Positions 42,628-51,667 of a stretch of 64,000 nucleotides of DNA are shown piece after piece. Numbering within the stretch: position 1 is the first letter of the stretch; each line of letters begins with the position of its first letter. The translations under genes and the position numbers were made by a program. Origin of the DNA: Nitrosopumilus sp. (GTDB lineage Archaea > Thermoproteota > Nitrososphaeria > Nitrososphaerales > Nitrosopumilaceae); NCBI GenBank assembly GCA_965218695.1, contig OZ244651.1, positions 544,001 to 608,000 on the forward strand. The letters run 5' to 3'. The notes below the pieces were generated by a model that worked only from the letters and a program-made list of their open reading frames with translations, was not told where the DNA came from and searched no databases.

Positions 42628-44538
42628 ATGGCAAAACGGCGCGGCGTGTTTACCATATTGGGAATGGTTGCCATCATGTTAGTTGTGGTTGCCGGCATAA
42701 TTGCCGTAAGCCAGTCGTTTGTCACGCTTGCCGGGCTGCAGCTGCCCACCATACTTACCGATATGCCGACGTTCTACGAGTATACAGACGATGGGGCGCG
42801 GGTGCTCACTACACCAGAATGCAATGAAAGTGGTGCGCATTTTTCCGGGAAATGCACAGGGGCGTCTGAAATATGCACGGAAGGCGGCGGATCCGGATGC
42901 GAGGCCAAGGAGACCGGGTACCTGAAGTTCTACTGGTTCCTGGCACAGTATTCGCTGGCGATAATGATGTTTGTGATTGGGATATCTGTCATGGAATACA
43001 TCATGTCCGGGACGGGTTTTACCAACGAGTCCAACGCCATAGACAGGGTCAAGAAAGTCATACCGTTCCTGGTCATTATCATGATACTGCCAATCATCTG
43101 GGATCCGGTCGCGATTATAATAGAGGAGATTGCACTGTACCTGATGGCGCCGTTCCCCGAAGACAGGACGGACATCGGGCTGACCGGGCTGACGATAGAC
43201 CAGACCACGCTGGAGGGCCGCGCGTCGGCGCGTTCTGCGTGGCTGTGGATGGAGGCAGGGCACATCATACCGCCAAGCACGTGGGATCCAGAGGCATGGT
43301 CGGTGTTCCTGGTGGATCCGGCAAGATTCATGGAAGAGACGATATCGATTGCGTTCCTGGGCGTCTTCAAGGCGTACGTAGTCATATTGTTAGGAATAGA
43401 GATGTGGGTAACGGGAATACTGCGCGTCGTGCTTACCATGATAATTTTGATTTCCATCCCGATATTCCTTCCGATGACGCTGATTCCAAAGTTCGACAAA
43501 CACGCCAGCGACTACGTCAACGCCATATTTGGTTTGATGATGGCGCCAATATTGTCTGCCATAATATTCACCGCGGGAGTGGCATACCTGCAGTCGTCGT
43601 TTGACCAGCCGGCGTTGATACGCTGGCTGTCCGCGGTATGCGTATGTTTTCTGTGCTCTTCTGCAGTCACGTCTGTCGGCGGCTCGTTGTTGATGACTAC
43701 CAAGGGTGAGGTGATGGGAGCGATGAAGGCCGCATTGATCGCTGCTGCCACGACTGTAAGCGCGGCTGCAACCGGCGGCATGGGTGCAGTAGGTGGCGCG
43801 GGTGCAATAGGTGGCGTTGCCGGTCCAGCAATTGGCGTTGCTAAGGGCGTGGTCGGCGGTACCGTCTCTTCGGCCATCCAGACTGGCATGTTGGGCGGCG
43901 GAGGCGGCGGCGGCGGAGGCATGCAGCCAAATGTTAACGAGGTCCAAATAATGCCGGGTGGCGCTCCAGGCGGAGTACCCGGTGTGGGTGCCAGCACGGG
44001 CAGCGTACCAGGTGGTATTCCTGGAGGCGGACTAGGAGTCATTCCAGGCGTGGCGTCAGGCGACGGCGGCAGCAGTGGCGGTGCGAGGAAAGCCCAGCCC
44101 GGTTTTGACGGTGGGTACTATCCTGGCGGCAGCGGCAGCACTGATGCCGAGGATGGCAGTACCGGCGATGACAGTGGAGAGGAAGAGACGCCAAAAAAGA
44201 AACCGTCATTCTGGCAGAAACACGGCCTTACGGAGCCGGATCCGGAACTGCCAGAAGGGGCAACGAAACCGTCATTCTGGAACAAGGCGACCGCGTTTGG
44301 TCTTGGTGCAATGGCCGGCGCGGCCGGCCCGATAATACAGGGCTCGCTTCCGAAAGAATTCGGGATAGGTGAGGTGACTGAACCGCTTGCAGAACGGGCC
44401 ACGCAATTCAGTGAAAAAATGCAGGAGAGTTATGCAGAAACAGTTGAACCAAAGGAGACAGAATCTACTGGACTCAAAAACGACGTAAAAGTGCAGAAAC
44501 CCGAAGACGACAGAATGCTTGGCCAGATGTACCAATAA
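42628..44538 (+). CDS. VirB6/TrbL-like polytopic membrane protein with a Gly-rich tail
   Basis: About 8 TM segments with the pattern LRVVLTMIILISIPIFL...LIP (compare R...l...aP.......lP in TrbL), followed by a long Ala/Gly-rich tail. N-terminus KRRG|VFTILG resembles a class III signal. Confidence 0.65.
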   Translation: MAKRRGVFTILGMVAIMLVVVAGIIAVSQSFVTLAGLQLPTILTDMPTFYEYTDDGARVLTTPECNESGAHFSGKCTGASEICTEGGGSGCEAKETGYLKFYWFLAQYSLAIMMFVIGISVMEYIMSGTGFTNESNAIDRVKKVIPFLVIIMILPIIWDPVAIIIEEIALYLMAPFPEDRTDIGLTGLTIDQTTLEGRASARSAWLWMEAGHIIPPSTWDPEAWSVFLVDPARFMEETISIAFLGVFKAYVVILLGIEMWVTGILRVVLTMIILISIPIFLPMTLIPKFDKHASDYVNAIFGLMMAPILSAIIFTAGVAYLQSSFDQPALIRWLSAVCVCFLCSSAVTSVGGSLLMTTKGEVMGAMKAALIAAATTVSAAATGGMGAVGGAGAIGGVAGPAIGVAKGVVGGTVSSAIQTGMLGGGGGGGGGMQPNVNEVQIMPGGAPGGVPGVGASTGSVPGGIPGGGLGVIPGVASGDGGSSGGARKAQPGFDGGYYPGGSGSTDAEDGSTGDDSGEEETPKKKPSFWQKHGLTEPDPELPEGATKPSFWNKATAFGLGAMAGAAGPIIQGSLPKEFGIGEVTEPLAERATQFSEKMQESYAETVEPKETESTGLKNDVKVQKPEDDRMLGQMYQ

Positions 44539-44551
44539 TGATTCAGTACGA

Positions 44552-44797
44552 TTACGGCAGCATAATGTCACGCGGCCTTCTTTTCTCTATTTCAAAAGGA
44601 ACGCTGTTTGCCTTAAGCACGGTGTTGACTGCATCGTCATGTAGTGTTTTTTGGGCCACGGCCGCAAATTCCGACTGCAGATTATCCCAATCAGTCATTG
44701 TTAGCCACCTCTTGGCAAAAAGTTCAGCCCTCTCCTGTAGTGGCAGTTCGGGGTCGTCCTGTATTGCCTTCCATTCCTCGTCGGACATTAGTTCCAT
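44552..44797 (-). CDS. Hypothetical protein
   Basis: 81-aa ORF with TTTAAATA upstream. Confidence 0.6.
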   Translation of the reverse strand: MELMSDEEWKAIQDDPELPLQERAELFAKRWLTMTDWDNLQSEFAAVAQKTLHDDAVNTVLKANSVPFEIEKRRPRDIMLP

Positions 44798-44920
44798 GTT
44801 TGTTAGTGGGTTGGATTCTATTTAAATCCGGGTGAACTTTGGAAAGAACACTGTTTGTTCAGTCGCAGTGATATTCGATTCTGTTTGGTTGACAGTGCGA
44901 GTGGATGCCTGACGTATACT

Positions 44921-45145
44921 TCATTTGTATTTGTCTCGTTGCTGCACCAGACTGGCTATCTTTGTCGTGTAGTCCAGCCACTCATCATAACACGCATCTT
45001 CTTTTCGTTTTGCGCGCTCTAACTTGCTTGCATTGCCTGCGACATTCTCGCATTTTTCGCGGTCACTAGTTGCCTTCTTGAGCCTCTTGTCTGCGGCTGT
45101 TTGTTTTTCTTCGAGGGCTTTGATCATGGAATCATACGACGTCAT
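44921..45145 (-). CDS. Small coiled-coil protein
   Basis: Heptad-like charged helix; TAATG coupling to the ABC ATPase. Confidence 0.6.
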   Translation of the reverse strand: MTSYDSMIKALEEKQTAADKRLKKATSDREKCENVAGNASKLERAKRKEDACYDEWLDYTTKIASLVQQRDKYK

Positions 45146-45885
45146 TATTCCCCGATCCCGTCGCGAACTTTCCGCGCCAACTCCAGCACTTTCTTGTCTT
45201 CCGGGTGGCGCGGATGCGGCAGGTCATTTTTGGTGTCGGATGAAATCTCCCCTGGTCGCTTGGTAAATCGTATTATCCTCGTGCCGAGTACTGCTGCCTC
45301 CACCGGATCATGCGTCACAAATATTATGGTCTTGTTTGTGCGCTGCCAGATCAACTGTAGTTCCATCATAAGGTCGGTTTTCGTGGAATGATCCAACGCG
45401 GAGAACGGCTCGTCCATGAGCAGCATGTCAGGATCCATGGCCAGCGCCCTGGCGATCGACACGCGCTGCTTCATGCCCGTGGACAACTGCTTGACGTACG
45501 TGTCAGCAAACGTGCTCAGATTCATCATATCGAGAAACCTGGCGGAAATCTTGGCACGCTTTTCCTTGGGAATCTTTGCCATCCTCAACCCGAACTCCAC
45601 GTTGTCCCGAACGTCCAGCCACGGGAACAGCGTGTCCTCCTGAAATACCATTATCCTTTCGGGCGACGGTTCGCCTATTTGTTTGTCGTATGACAGTATG
45701 CGGCCTCCGTCGGGTTTTATGAAGCCGCTGATCATCCGCAACAGCGTGGACTTGCCACATCCACTGGGCCCTGTAAGGCAAACGAACTCCCCCTCGCGAA
45801 TTTGCAAGCTCACGTCCTTGAGTGCCAGCAAATCCCTGGCCGTATGGTACGTCTTGCGGACGTTTATGCTTTCGATGGCATGCAT
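45145..45885 (-). CDS. ABC transporter ATP-binding protein, NitT/TauT type (no permease or binding protein nearby)
   Basis: GPSGCGKST, FQEDTLFPW, LSTGMKQR, LLMDEPFSALD, VTHD. Confidence 0.95.
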   Translation of the reverse strand: MHAIESINVRKTYHTARDLLALKDVSLQIREGEFVCLTGPSGCGKSTLLRMISGFIKPDGGRILSYDKQIGEPSPERIMVFQEDTLFPWLDVRDNVEFGLRMAKIPKEKRAKISARFLDMMNLSTFADTYVKQLSTGMKQRVSIARALAMDPDMLLMDEPFSALDHSTKTDLMMELQLIWQRTNKTIIFVTHDPVEAAVLGTRIIRFTKRPGEISSDTKNDLPHPRHPEDKKVLELARKVRDGIGE

Positions 45886-46166
45886 GATGCATGTTGTGCG
45901 TGCTTTGCTAAAAACGCTTAGTTTCTCTGTGTTTCAAAATAATGGAATAGTCGTGGTGTGTGTGGGAGTAGATCATAATAATGATTAACAGAGTGCCACA
46001 CCATGAGATGTTCGTCAAGCAATCATTATGGCATTTTCTAAACCAAAACCATGTCCAAAACCTGATTGGTTATAGCGCAAACGCTATAATTTTTATGCAA
46101 TTCAACCGTTATACCATCATGATAGAGGAAAAAGGCCCTTTTATGCCGAGGAATGGTGTGGGGTAG

Positions 46167-47294
46167 ATGTTCGGAAGGAAGAAGAAGCAGAGACAGCAGG
46201 AGGTACCAGACGCCAATGTCCGCACCCACGAGTCCGGCTACATCATGCGGACCGGCGAGAACCTAGTACTGGCGCAGGAAGCCACGTCTCCAGAGGGCAA
46301 CGGCTGGCTGCTGGCGACCAACAAATCGCTTTTCTTCATCCATGGCAGCCGTGGTGTTTACCTGTACATTGATCACGGCATGATTAAGTCATTGGGAAAT
46401 GAGAAGGGTAGGATTACCGTCAAATGGTTGGAGAAGGGCCGGCAGTTCGAGTTCCAGATGAGGCTAAAGGACGGGTTTTATACGCCTGACGAGGCAGTCA
46501 ACATGCTCAACATGCGGTTCCAGTACACCGGACCTGCACTTGATCACGTCGAGCCGACTGAGAAGGAGATTGTAGAAGCCAGGAAAGACAGGCTTGAACG
46601 CATCGGGCGGATATTGGGAAACATACGGAAGGAAGTCAACAGGCTCCAAAAGAAGAAAGAACTGGATCAAAAAGAACAGAAGGACCTAAAACGGTTCATT
46701 TACCATCAAACCGTGGCCACCGGGAACGAAAAATGCATGATGTCCATGCCGTTTGTCCGTTCCGCCAAGGTTCCAGCGCGTATTCCACTCACTGCAGTTT
46801 GGAACGATTGCTACTTTGACGACAAGAGGAAGCTGTACGTTACGTTCCGCAAATTCCGCAACGGTTTAGGGCCAAAGACGCTGGCCGACCAAAAGGAGTT
46901 CAATCCTGACGGTGAAGGCACGGTATTTCCCATAGACATGGTAGATTTTCGTTACGGCTATCCTGCTATCGAAGTAAAGACCGAAGACGGGCACTATACT
47001 GCCAGTCTGTTATGCACCATGGCCGAGGAGATGATTACCGAAGAACTTGTCACTGCACTGTTGGGTACACACGTTTCCTGGGACAACAACGAAGAGGTGT
47101 ATATGGGGCGGGTCTGGTACGAAACCGAAGCCACGCGCTGGATAGGCGGCAGTTTCTTCAAGCTGACTGATGCCGAACGCGAAAAAGCGATAAAACACAT
47201 TCCGTGGCTGCGAAACACGAATGATCAGGACATTCCTTGGATCAAGCCGTACAAGATCATTCAGTTCGACAAAGAACAGGCAGTCAAGCCGTAA
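46167..47294 (+). CDS. Hypothetical protein; possible N-terminal PH-like domain and coiled coil
   Basis: GE.L....GWLLATNKSLFF pattern, then a charged helical segment. Confidence 0.7.
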   Translation: MFGRKKKQRQQEVPDANVRTHESGYIMRTGENLVLAQEATSPEGNGWLLATNKSLFFIHGSRGVYLYIDHGMIKSLGNEKGRITVKWLEKGRQFEFQMRLKDGFYTPDEAVNMLNMRFQYTGPALDHVEPTEKEIVEARKDRLERIGRILGNIRKEVNRLQKKKELDQKEQKDLKRFIYHQTVATGNEKCMMSMPFVRSAKVPARIPLTAVWNDCYFDDKRKLYVTFRKFRNGLGPKTLADQKEFNPDGEGTVFPIDMVDFRYGYPAIEVKTEDGHYTASLLCTMAEEMITEELVTALLGTHVSWDNNEEVYMGRVWYETEATRWIGGSFFKLTDAEREKAIKHIPWLRNTNDQDIPWIKPYKIIQFDKEQAVKP

Positions 47295-47300
47295 CCGGTG

Positions 47301-48074
47301 TCATTCATTCAAAAATATCTCTGTGCTTAGTGCATACTGCGCAAGCGCGTTTACCGCACGCATCTTGTCCTTACCGTTGCCTCCGGCTTGCTGAAACGCA
47401 ATCTCGGCGTTCCTGACGCACTCGGCGTATCCTGGAATCGCCATATATTGTTCGACCATGGGCGGTTCGACCCTTGTGATTACCGGAATGTTGAACCCGT
47501 ACTTCTGGCCGATGGACGAGTAAAACATCAGGAAGATCTCCGGATCGTCATGGTACGCGCGCAGCGCGTTCATGGTTTGCTTGACCGGCACCGTGCGGAG
47601 CATCTGGGTGTGCGAGATGAAATAACCGAGTCCGCCGTTCTGGGCAGGAACCATCATGTATTCGTAATCGTCTTTGCCTCCACTCCATTTGCAGTCCAGG
47701 CGCAAAAAGTTTCTCATGTTTGCTATCGTGCCGGCTATGACGTCCAGCACGTACAGGAGGCATCTCATGTCTGGATGCGAATGGTCCCTGGAAGAAAGCT
47801 TGCCGTTTGCTGCGTTTGTCGCGTTGAACATCCCCGCCACACCGTCAATCATTCCGGTAGTTATTGTAAGTCCAGCATCAGGCTTCTCGTCACCGAGTCC
47901 CTTTTTGTATCTTTGATAGTTGTTGGTTGGAATGTTGTGCCTGATGTGTATGTCGAACCTGGCGTGAAGCTCGTTCTTGGTGATCTTCCCGCCGCAGGCG
48001 CGGCATTTTTTACCAAACACGCCTTGCCGTTTGGTGTCATTTGGGAAAAGGCTTTGTGTCAGGGATTTGATCAT
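47301..48074 (-). CDS. Hypothetical protein with an N-terminal Zn finger
   Basis: KCRACGGKITKNEL ... HPDMRC. Confidence 0.7.
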   Translation of the reverse strand: MIKSLTQSLFPNDTKRQGVFGKKCRACGGKITKNELHARFDIHIRHNIPTNNYQRYKKGLGDEKPDAGLTITTGMIDGVAGMFNATNAANGKLSSRDHSHPDMRCLLYVLDVIAGTIANMRNFLRLDCKWSGGKDDYEYMMVPAQNGGLGYFISHTQMLRTVPVKQTMNALRAYHDDPEIFLMFYSSIGQKYGFNIPVITRVEPPMVEQYMAIPGYAECVRNAEIAFQQAGGNGKDKMRAVNALAQYALSTEIFLNE

Positions 48075-48177
48075 TGGTAGGTTTTGGACAGGCGTTCTGC
48101 ACTAAGTGAAGGACTGACTGTCTGACATGATTATTAGATACGACAAGGATAAGTACCATTTTCTTACTCTCTCTTGC

Positions 48178-48336
48178 ATGAGTTGTTGCATTTGTGGGGC
48201 TAGTGCTCCGTTCCTCGGTCATTGGGCAAAGTGCAGACTTTGCGGGGAAAGGGTGTGTCAGAAAGACGCCTGCCAGTTTAGCTGGCACGGCAAGCCCGCA
48301 TGCAAAAACTGCGTGAAATTAAAGACCGGCCAATAA
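48178..48336 (+). CDS. Cys-rich zinc-finger microprotein
   Basis: MSCCICG...KCRLCGERVCQKDAC...CKNC. Confidence 0.7.
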   Translation: MSCCICGASAPFLGHWAKCRLCGERVCQKDACQFSWHGKPACKNCVKLKTGQ

Positions 48337-48387
48337 GATTGGTCCGACGGCCATGTGGGGGTTTTATGCAAACCATGCACGGTGTCC

Positions 48388-49038
48388 ATGAAAATAGATC
48401 CGGACGACGTGGAACGCTACAAGGTGTTGTGGGGGGACGCGTGCCAGGTGTTGGCAACGTTAGTGCCAGGCAAGATAAACAGCATCTATGCCGAGATGTA
48501 TTCTACACCGGATCTGGGCCAAAGTTATGATGAGTTCCAGGCGTACACGCGCCGCTTTTGTGCCGTGTTGTACGACGTGCTTGATGGTTCAGGTTCCCTG
48601 TTTGTCGCGGTTGCGGAGCCGTACGTGGAATGGTATTGGAGCATGATGAAAGAGGCAGGCTGGATCAGGCAACATGATACCATGCCGGTCCTGCATTGCA
48701 CGAAGTCTGATAATTTTTACCGGAAGTTTGACGACATGCCACTGGTGGCGAAAGAAGACCAACATGCAAGGCAAACGCTGGCAGTGCGCGCCAAGGACGG
48801 ATTCTTTGACGCCCGACAGGTCGGCCCGCTTGAAGACATGGTATGCAGTGCATTCACGCCGCCCGGCGGCATCACGTTGGACCCCACCATGGGTTCGGGC
48901 ACGCACCTGGCAGCAGCGCTGCAGCGCGGCCGCCGGGCCATCGGCATAGACTGTGACATGAAGAGCGTCGGGATGACGTCGCGCAGGCTGGCATTGTTGG
49001 GAGGATGGATCCATCCCCAATCTGCAACACGTTCCTAA
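48388..49038 (+). CDS. Degenerate beta-class (N4/N6) DNA methyltransferase-like protein
   Basis: LWGDAC start, TLDPTMGSGT...GRRAIGID SAM-binding motif. No (D/S/N)PPY catalytic motif. Confidence 0.75.
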   Translation: MKIDPDDVERYKVLWGDACQVLATLVPGKINSIYAEMYSTPDLGQSYDEFQAYTRRFCAVLYDVLDGSGSLFVAVAEPYVEWYWSMMKEAGWIRQHDTMPVLHCTKSDNFYRKFDDMPLVAKEDQHARQTLAVRAKDGFFDARQVGPLEDMVCSAFTPPGGITLDPTMGSGTHLAAALQRGRRAIGIDCDMKSVGMTSRRLALLGGWIHPQSATRS

Positions 49039-49074
49039 CGTGGCCCTTATACCGTTTTCGCACACGTATTGTAG

Positions 49075-49188
49075 ATGGCCAAGCATGATTGGATCTATGA
49101 CTTGTCGGCGGACTGGAAATGCAGAAAGTGCGGCCACAACAACGGCAACACGATCCATGAAGAAGACTGGGACGGATGTCCCGGATAA
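49075..49188 (+). CDS. Zn-ribbon microprotein (37 aa, not in the ORF track)
   Basis: MAKHDW...WKCRKCG...DGCPG; CTTATA box upstream. Confidence 0.55.
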   Translation: MAKHDWIYDLSADWKCRKCGHNNGNTIHEEDWDGCPG

Positions 49189-49275
49189 CGCCCCAATACA
49201 AGTTCTGTTCAAAATTAGGGATCTTGGGTAAAACCCACCAACCAATATGTTGGAGTGCCACAATTGAGTAGGGTT

Positions 49276-50124
49276 TTATCGGAACATTCGACTCCGTGTA
49301 ATTACTAATTCCAACACCTTGTCATGGTGGGCGTTCTTCATGCGCACCGACACGGCACAGAACCCGAATTCCCGCACCAGTCCGGCAACCTCTGGGGAAT
49401 AACCGTTCGTCATCAGGAAATCCACGTCTGATTCTGCCAGCATCCCGAAGAACCTTCGGTGGTCGATGTCGCTGTGCCTGTATAGATTGGTGTTGCCTCG
49501 CCTGCCGCCAGCTGCATACGGCGGATCAATGAATACCGCAATCTTGCGGCCGCGTTCCAACGATTCCAGTGCGGCCATCCCGTCAGCCTCGTGGAACGTG
49601 ATCCTGTCTGCGTATTTTGCTATTGTTTGCAGGCGGCGGATCAACGTGTCTGGGTACCAGCGCGAACCTATCCCCTTCCGGTTCTCCCCGTTCTTGATCA
49701 ACGACGCCCGCTGCGTGAGTATGCCAAAGTTTCGCGTCCGGTTTAACACCAGCGTCCGAAATCCGCTGGTCTCTTGTTGTTCAAGCGCAAGCACGTTCTC
49801 GCGTGTCAGATTGAATTGTCGTATTTGGTCTATCATGGAATCTGTATCATGGAGCGCGTCTTTCCAGAACGCGGCCACGTCGTGGTCCAACTCGATCATG
49901 ATGCAGCATTTGGCCATGTCCTCCATGACCGACGTCAACGGCACTATTCCCCCGCCTGCAAACGGGTCCAGCAACACGTCTGGCTTTGCCTTGGAAAGCC
50001 ACTCGCGGATATGCGGAATGAACCACGTCTTTCCACCCGGATAGCGCAGCGGACTGCACTGCGGGATTGTCGAGACATTGACTGCTGGAAACGGTGACGG
50101 TGGAAAGTCCACTTCAAGATTCAT
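49276..50124 (-). CDS. DNA adenine methyltransferase (Dam/D12 class), no cognate nuclease nearby
   Basis: SPLRYPGGK, DPFAGGG, LNRT, FIDPPY. Confidence 0.92.
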   Translation of the reverse strand: MNLEVDFPPSPFPAVNVSTIPQCSPLRYPGGKTWFIPHIREWLSKAKPDVLLDPFAGGGIVPLTSVMEDMAKCCIMIELDHDVAAFWKDALHDTDSMIDQIRQFNLTRENVLALEQQETSGFRTLVLNRTRNFGILTQRASLIKNGENRKGIGSRWYPDTLIRRLQTIAKYADRITFHEADGMAALESLERGRKIAVFIDPPYAAGGRRGNTNLYRHSDIDHRRFFGMLAESDVDFLMTNGYSPEVAGLVREFGFCAVSVRMKNAHHDKVLELVITRSRMFR

Positions 50125-50218
50125 GCATGCATGATTCGTGGCATTTTTAAGCCATGTTCACGACAGCCGGCATGCCGGCAGCATGAAGTCCTTTTACGTA
50201 AGGCTGCACGTGCATGTG

Positions 50219-50338
50219 ATGGGAGCACCGGATTGCGACAAATGCGGGATGGACACGTTTCAGACAGCATGTTGCGGCACCGAAATTTGCGGGTGCACCA
50301 CGCACTGCCCCAAATGCAAGAAGAAAATTATCATGTAA
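50219..50338 (+). CDS. Cys-rich microprotein (39 aa)
   Basis: MGAPDCDKCG...CCG..ICGC..HCPKC; TTTTACG box 27 nt upstream. Confidence 0.65.
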   Translation: MGAPDCDKCGMDTFQTACCGTEICGCTTHCPKCKKKIIM

Positions 50339-50416
50339 CCGGCAGCCGTGCGGATGTCGTGAGTTCTGCCAGCCTTAAAAGCCGTACCAGCACCTACAAT
50401 TCATGGAGGCATTTGA

Positions 50417-51667
50417 TTGAGGTTTGCGCACATCTCCGATATCCACCTGGGATTCCAAAAGAACCCGGCGCTGCAGGACATCGAGCAGCATGTGTTCGAG
50501 GACGTGTTAGACAGGTGTATCTCCATGAATGTGGACTTTATCCTCATGCCAGGCGACATATTCCATGTGAATATCCCGCCAATGCGGGTCCAAAAGTACG
50601 CGTTTGCAAAGTTCCGCCAGGTGTATGAGGCCGGGATTCCGGTATACGTGGTGTATGGTAGCCATGACTTTTCCCCCGTGTCTGGCTCGGTAATCGACTT
50701 ACTGGCCTCGATTGGTTACATAACCAAGGTTACCAGGGCTGAAAGCAGCGCTGATGGCACCATATTACTGGACTTCATACGTGACAAGACCGGCGCAAAA
50801 ATAACCGGCCTGTCAGGACTCAAGGCGGGAAACGACCGCACGTACTATGAAAAACTAGACCGGGCGGTGTTGGAGTCCGAACCCGGATTCAAGATATTTC
50901 TGTTCCACGGCGGGATTGCAGAGATGAAGGACAACATGATAAACGAGGGAGAAATGATGCCGCTGTCGTTGCTGCCGAGGGGATTTTCGTATTATGCCGG
51001 CGGGCACATGCACGAGCAGAACGCCCAGAAGTTTGACGGGTACGCGCACGTCGTATACCCGGGCACGCCGTTTGCGGGGTTTCATTCCGACCTGGAAGAC
51101 AACGCCGGCGGGACCAAGAGGGGATTCTATGTAGTCGAATTTGAAGACAACGTCAAGTCAGTCGAGTTCATCCAGGTGGAAAACGCGTCGTACGGCATGA
51201 TTGACGTAAACGCCGAAGGCAAGCCCGCGGAGTCCGTGAATGCCGAACTGCAGCAGAGGACTGCCGACGCTGATCCAGCAGGCAAAATCATGATAATCAG
51301 AATTTCAGGCGAGATGGCAAATGGCAAGACGGCCGACGTGGACGTTTTGGCCGCGCAGGCCGGCCTAACACAAAGGGGCGCGGTGGCCACGCTGATCAAG
51401 AAGAACAAGCTAAAGTCAAAAGAGTACGAGATAACGCCAGTCAAGGGGGCTGACCGCAAGGAGATTGAGGCCGGCATATTTTTTGAGAACATCGGGCAGC
51501 TCCGCCTCGGCAGGGAGGATCTGGCCGGAGAGCGCGGCGTCGGCCTTGCAGTAACACTGCTCCACACCCTAGGGGCCGGACAGCTTGTCAACGAAAAGAA
51601 GGCCGAATACACAGACAGGATAAAGGAAGACGCGCTTGCAGCATTGGGGATGAATAATGATTCTTGA
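50417..51667 (+). CDS. mre11: DNA double-strand break repair nuclease Mre11
   Basis: HISDIHLG, GDIFH, GSHD, FHG, YYAGGHMH, YPG; overlaps rad50. Confidence 0.95.
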   Translation: MRFAHISDIHLGFQKNPALQDIEQHVFEDVLDRCISMNVDFILMPGDIFHVNIPPMRVQKYAFAKFRQVYEAGIPVYVVYGSHDFSPVSGSVIDLLASIGYITKVTRAESSADGTILLDFIRDKTGAKITGLSGLKAGNDRTYYEKLDRAVLESEPGFKIFLFHGGIAEMKDNMINEGEMMPLSLLPRGFSYYAGGHMHEQNAQKFDGYAHVVYPGTPFAGFHSDLEDNAGGTKRGFYVVEFEDNVKSVEFIQVENASYGMIDVNAEGKPAESVNAELQQRTADADPAGKIMIIRISGEMANGKTADVDVLAAQAGLTQRGAVATLIKKNKLKSKEYEITPVKGADRKEIEAGIFFENIGQLRLGREDLAGERGVGLAVTLLHTLGAGQLVNEKKAEYTDRIKEDALAALGMNNDS

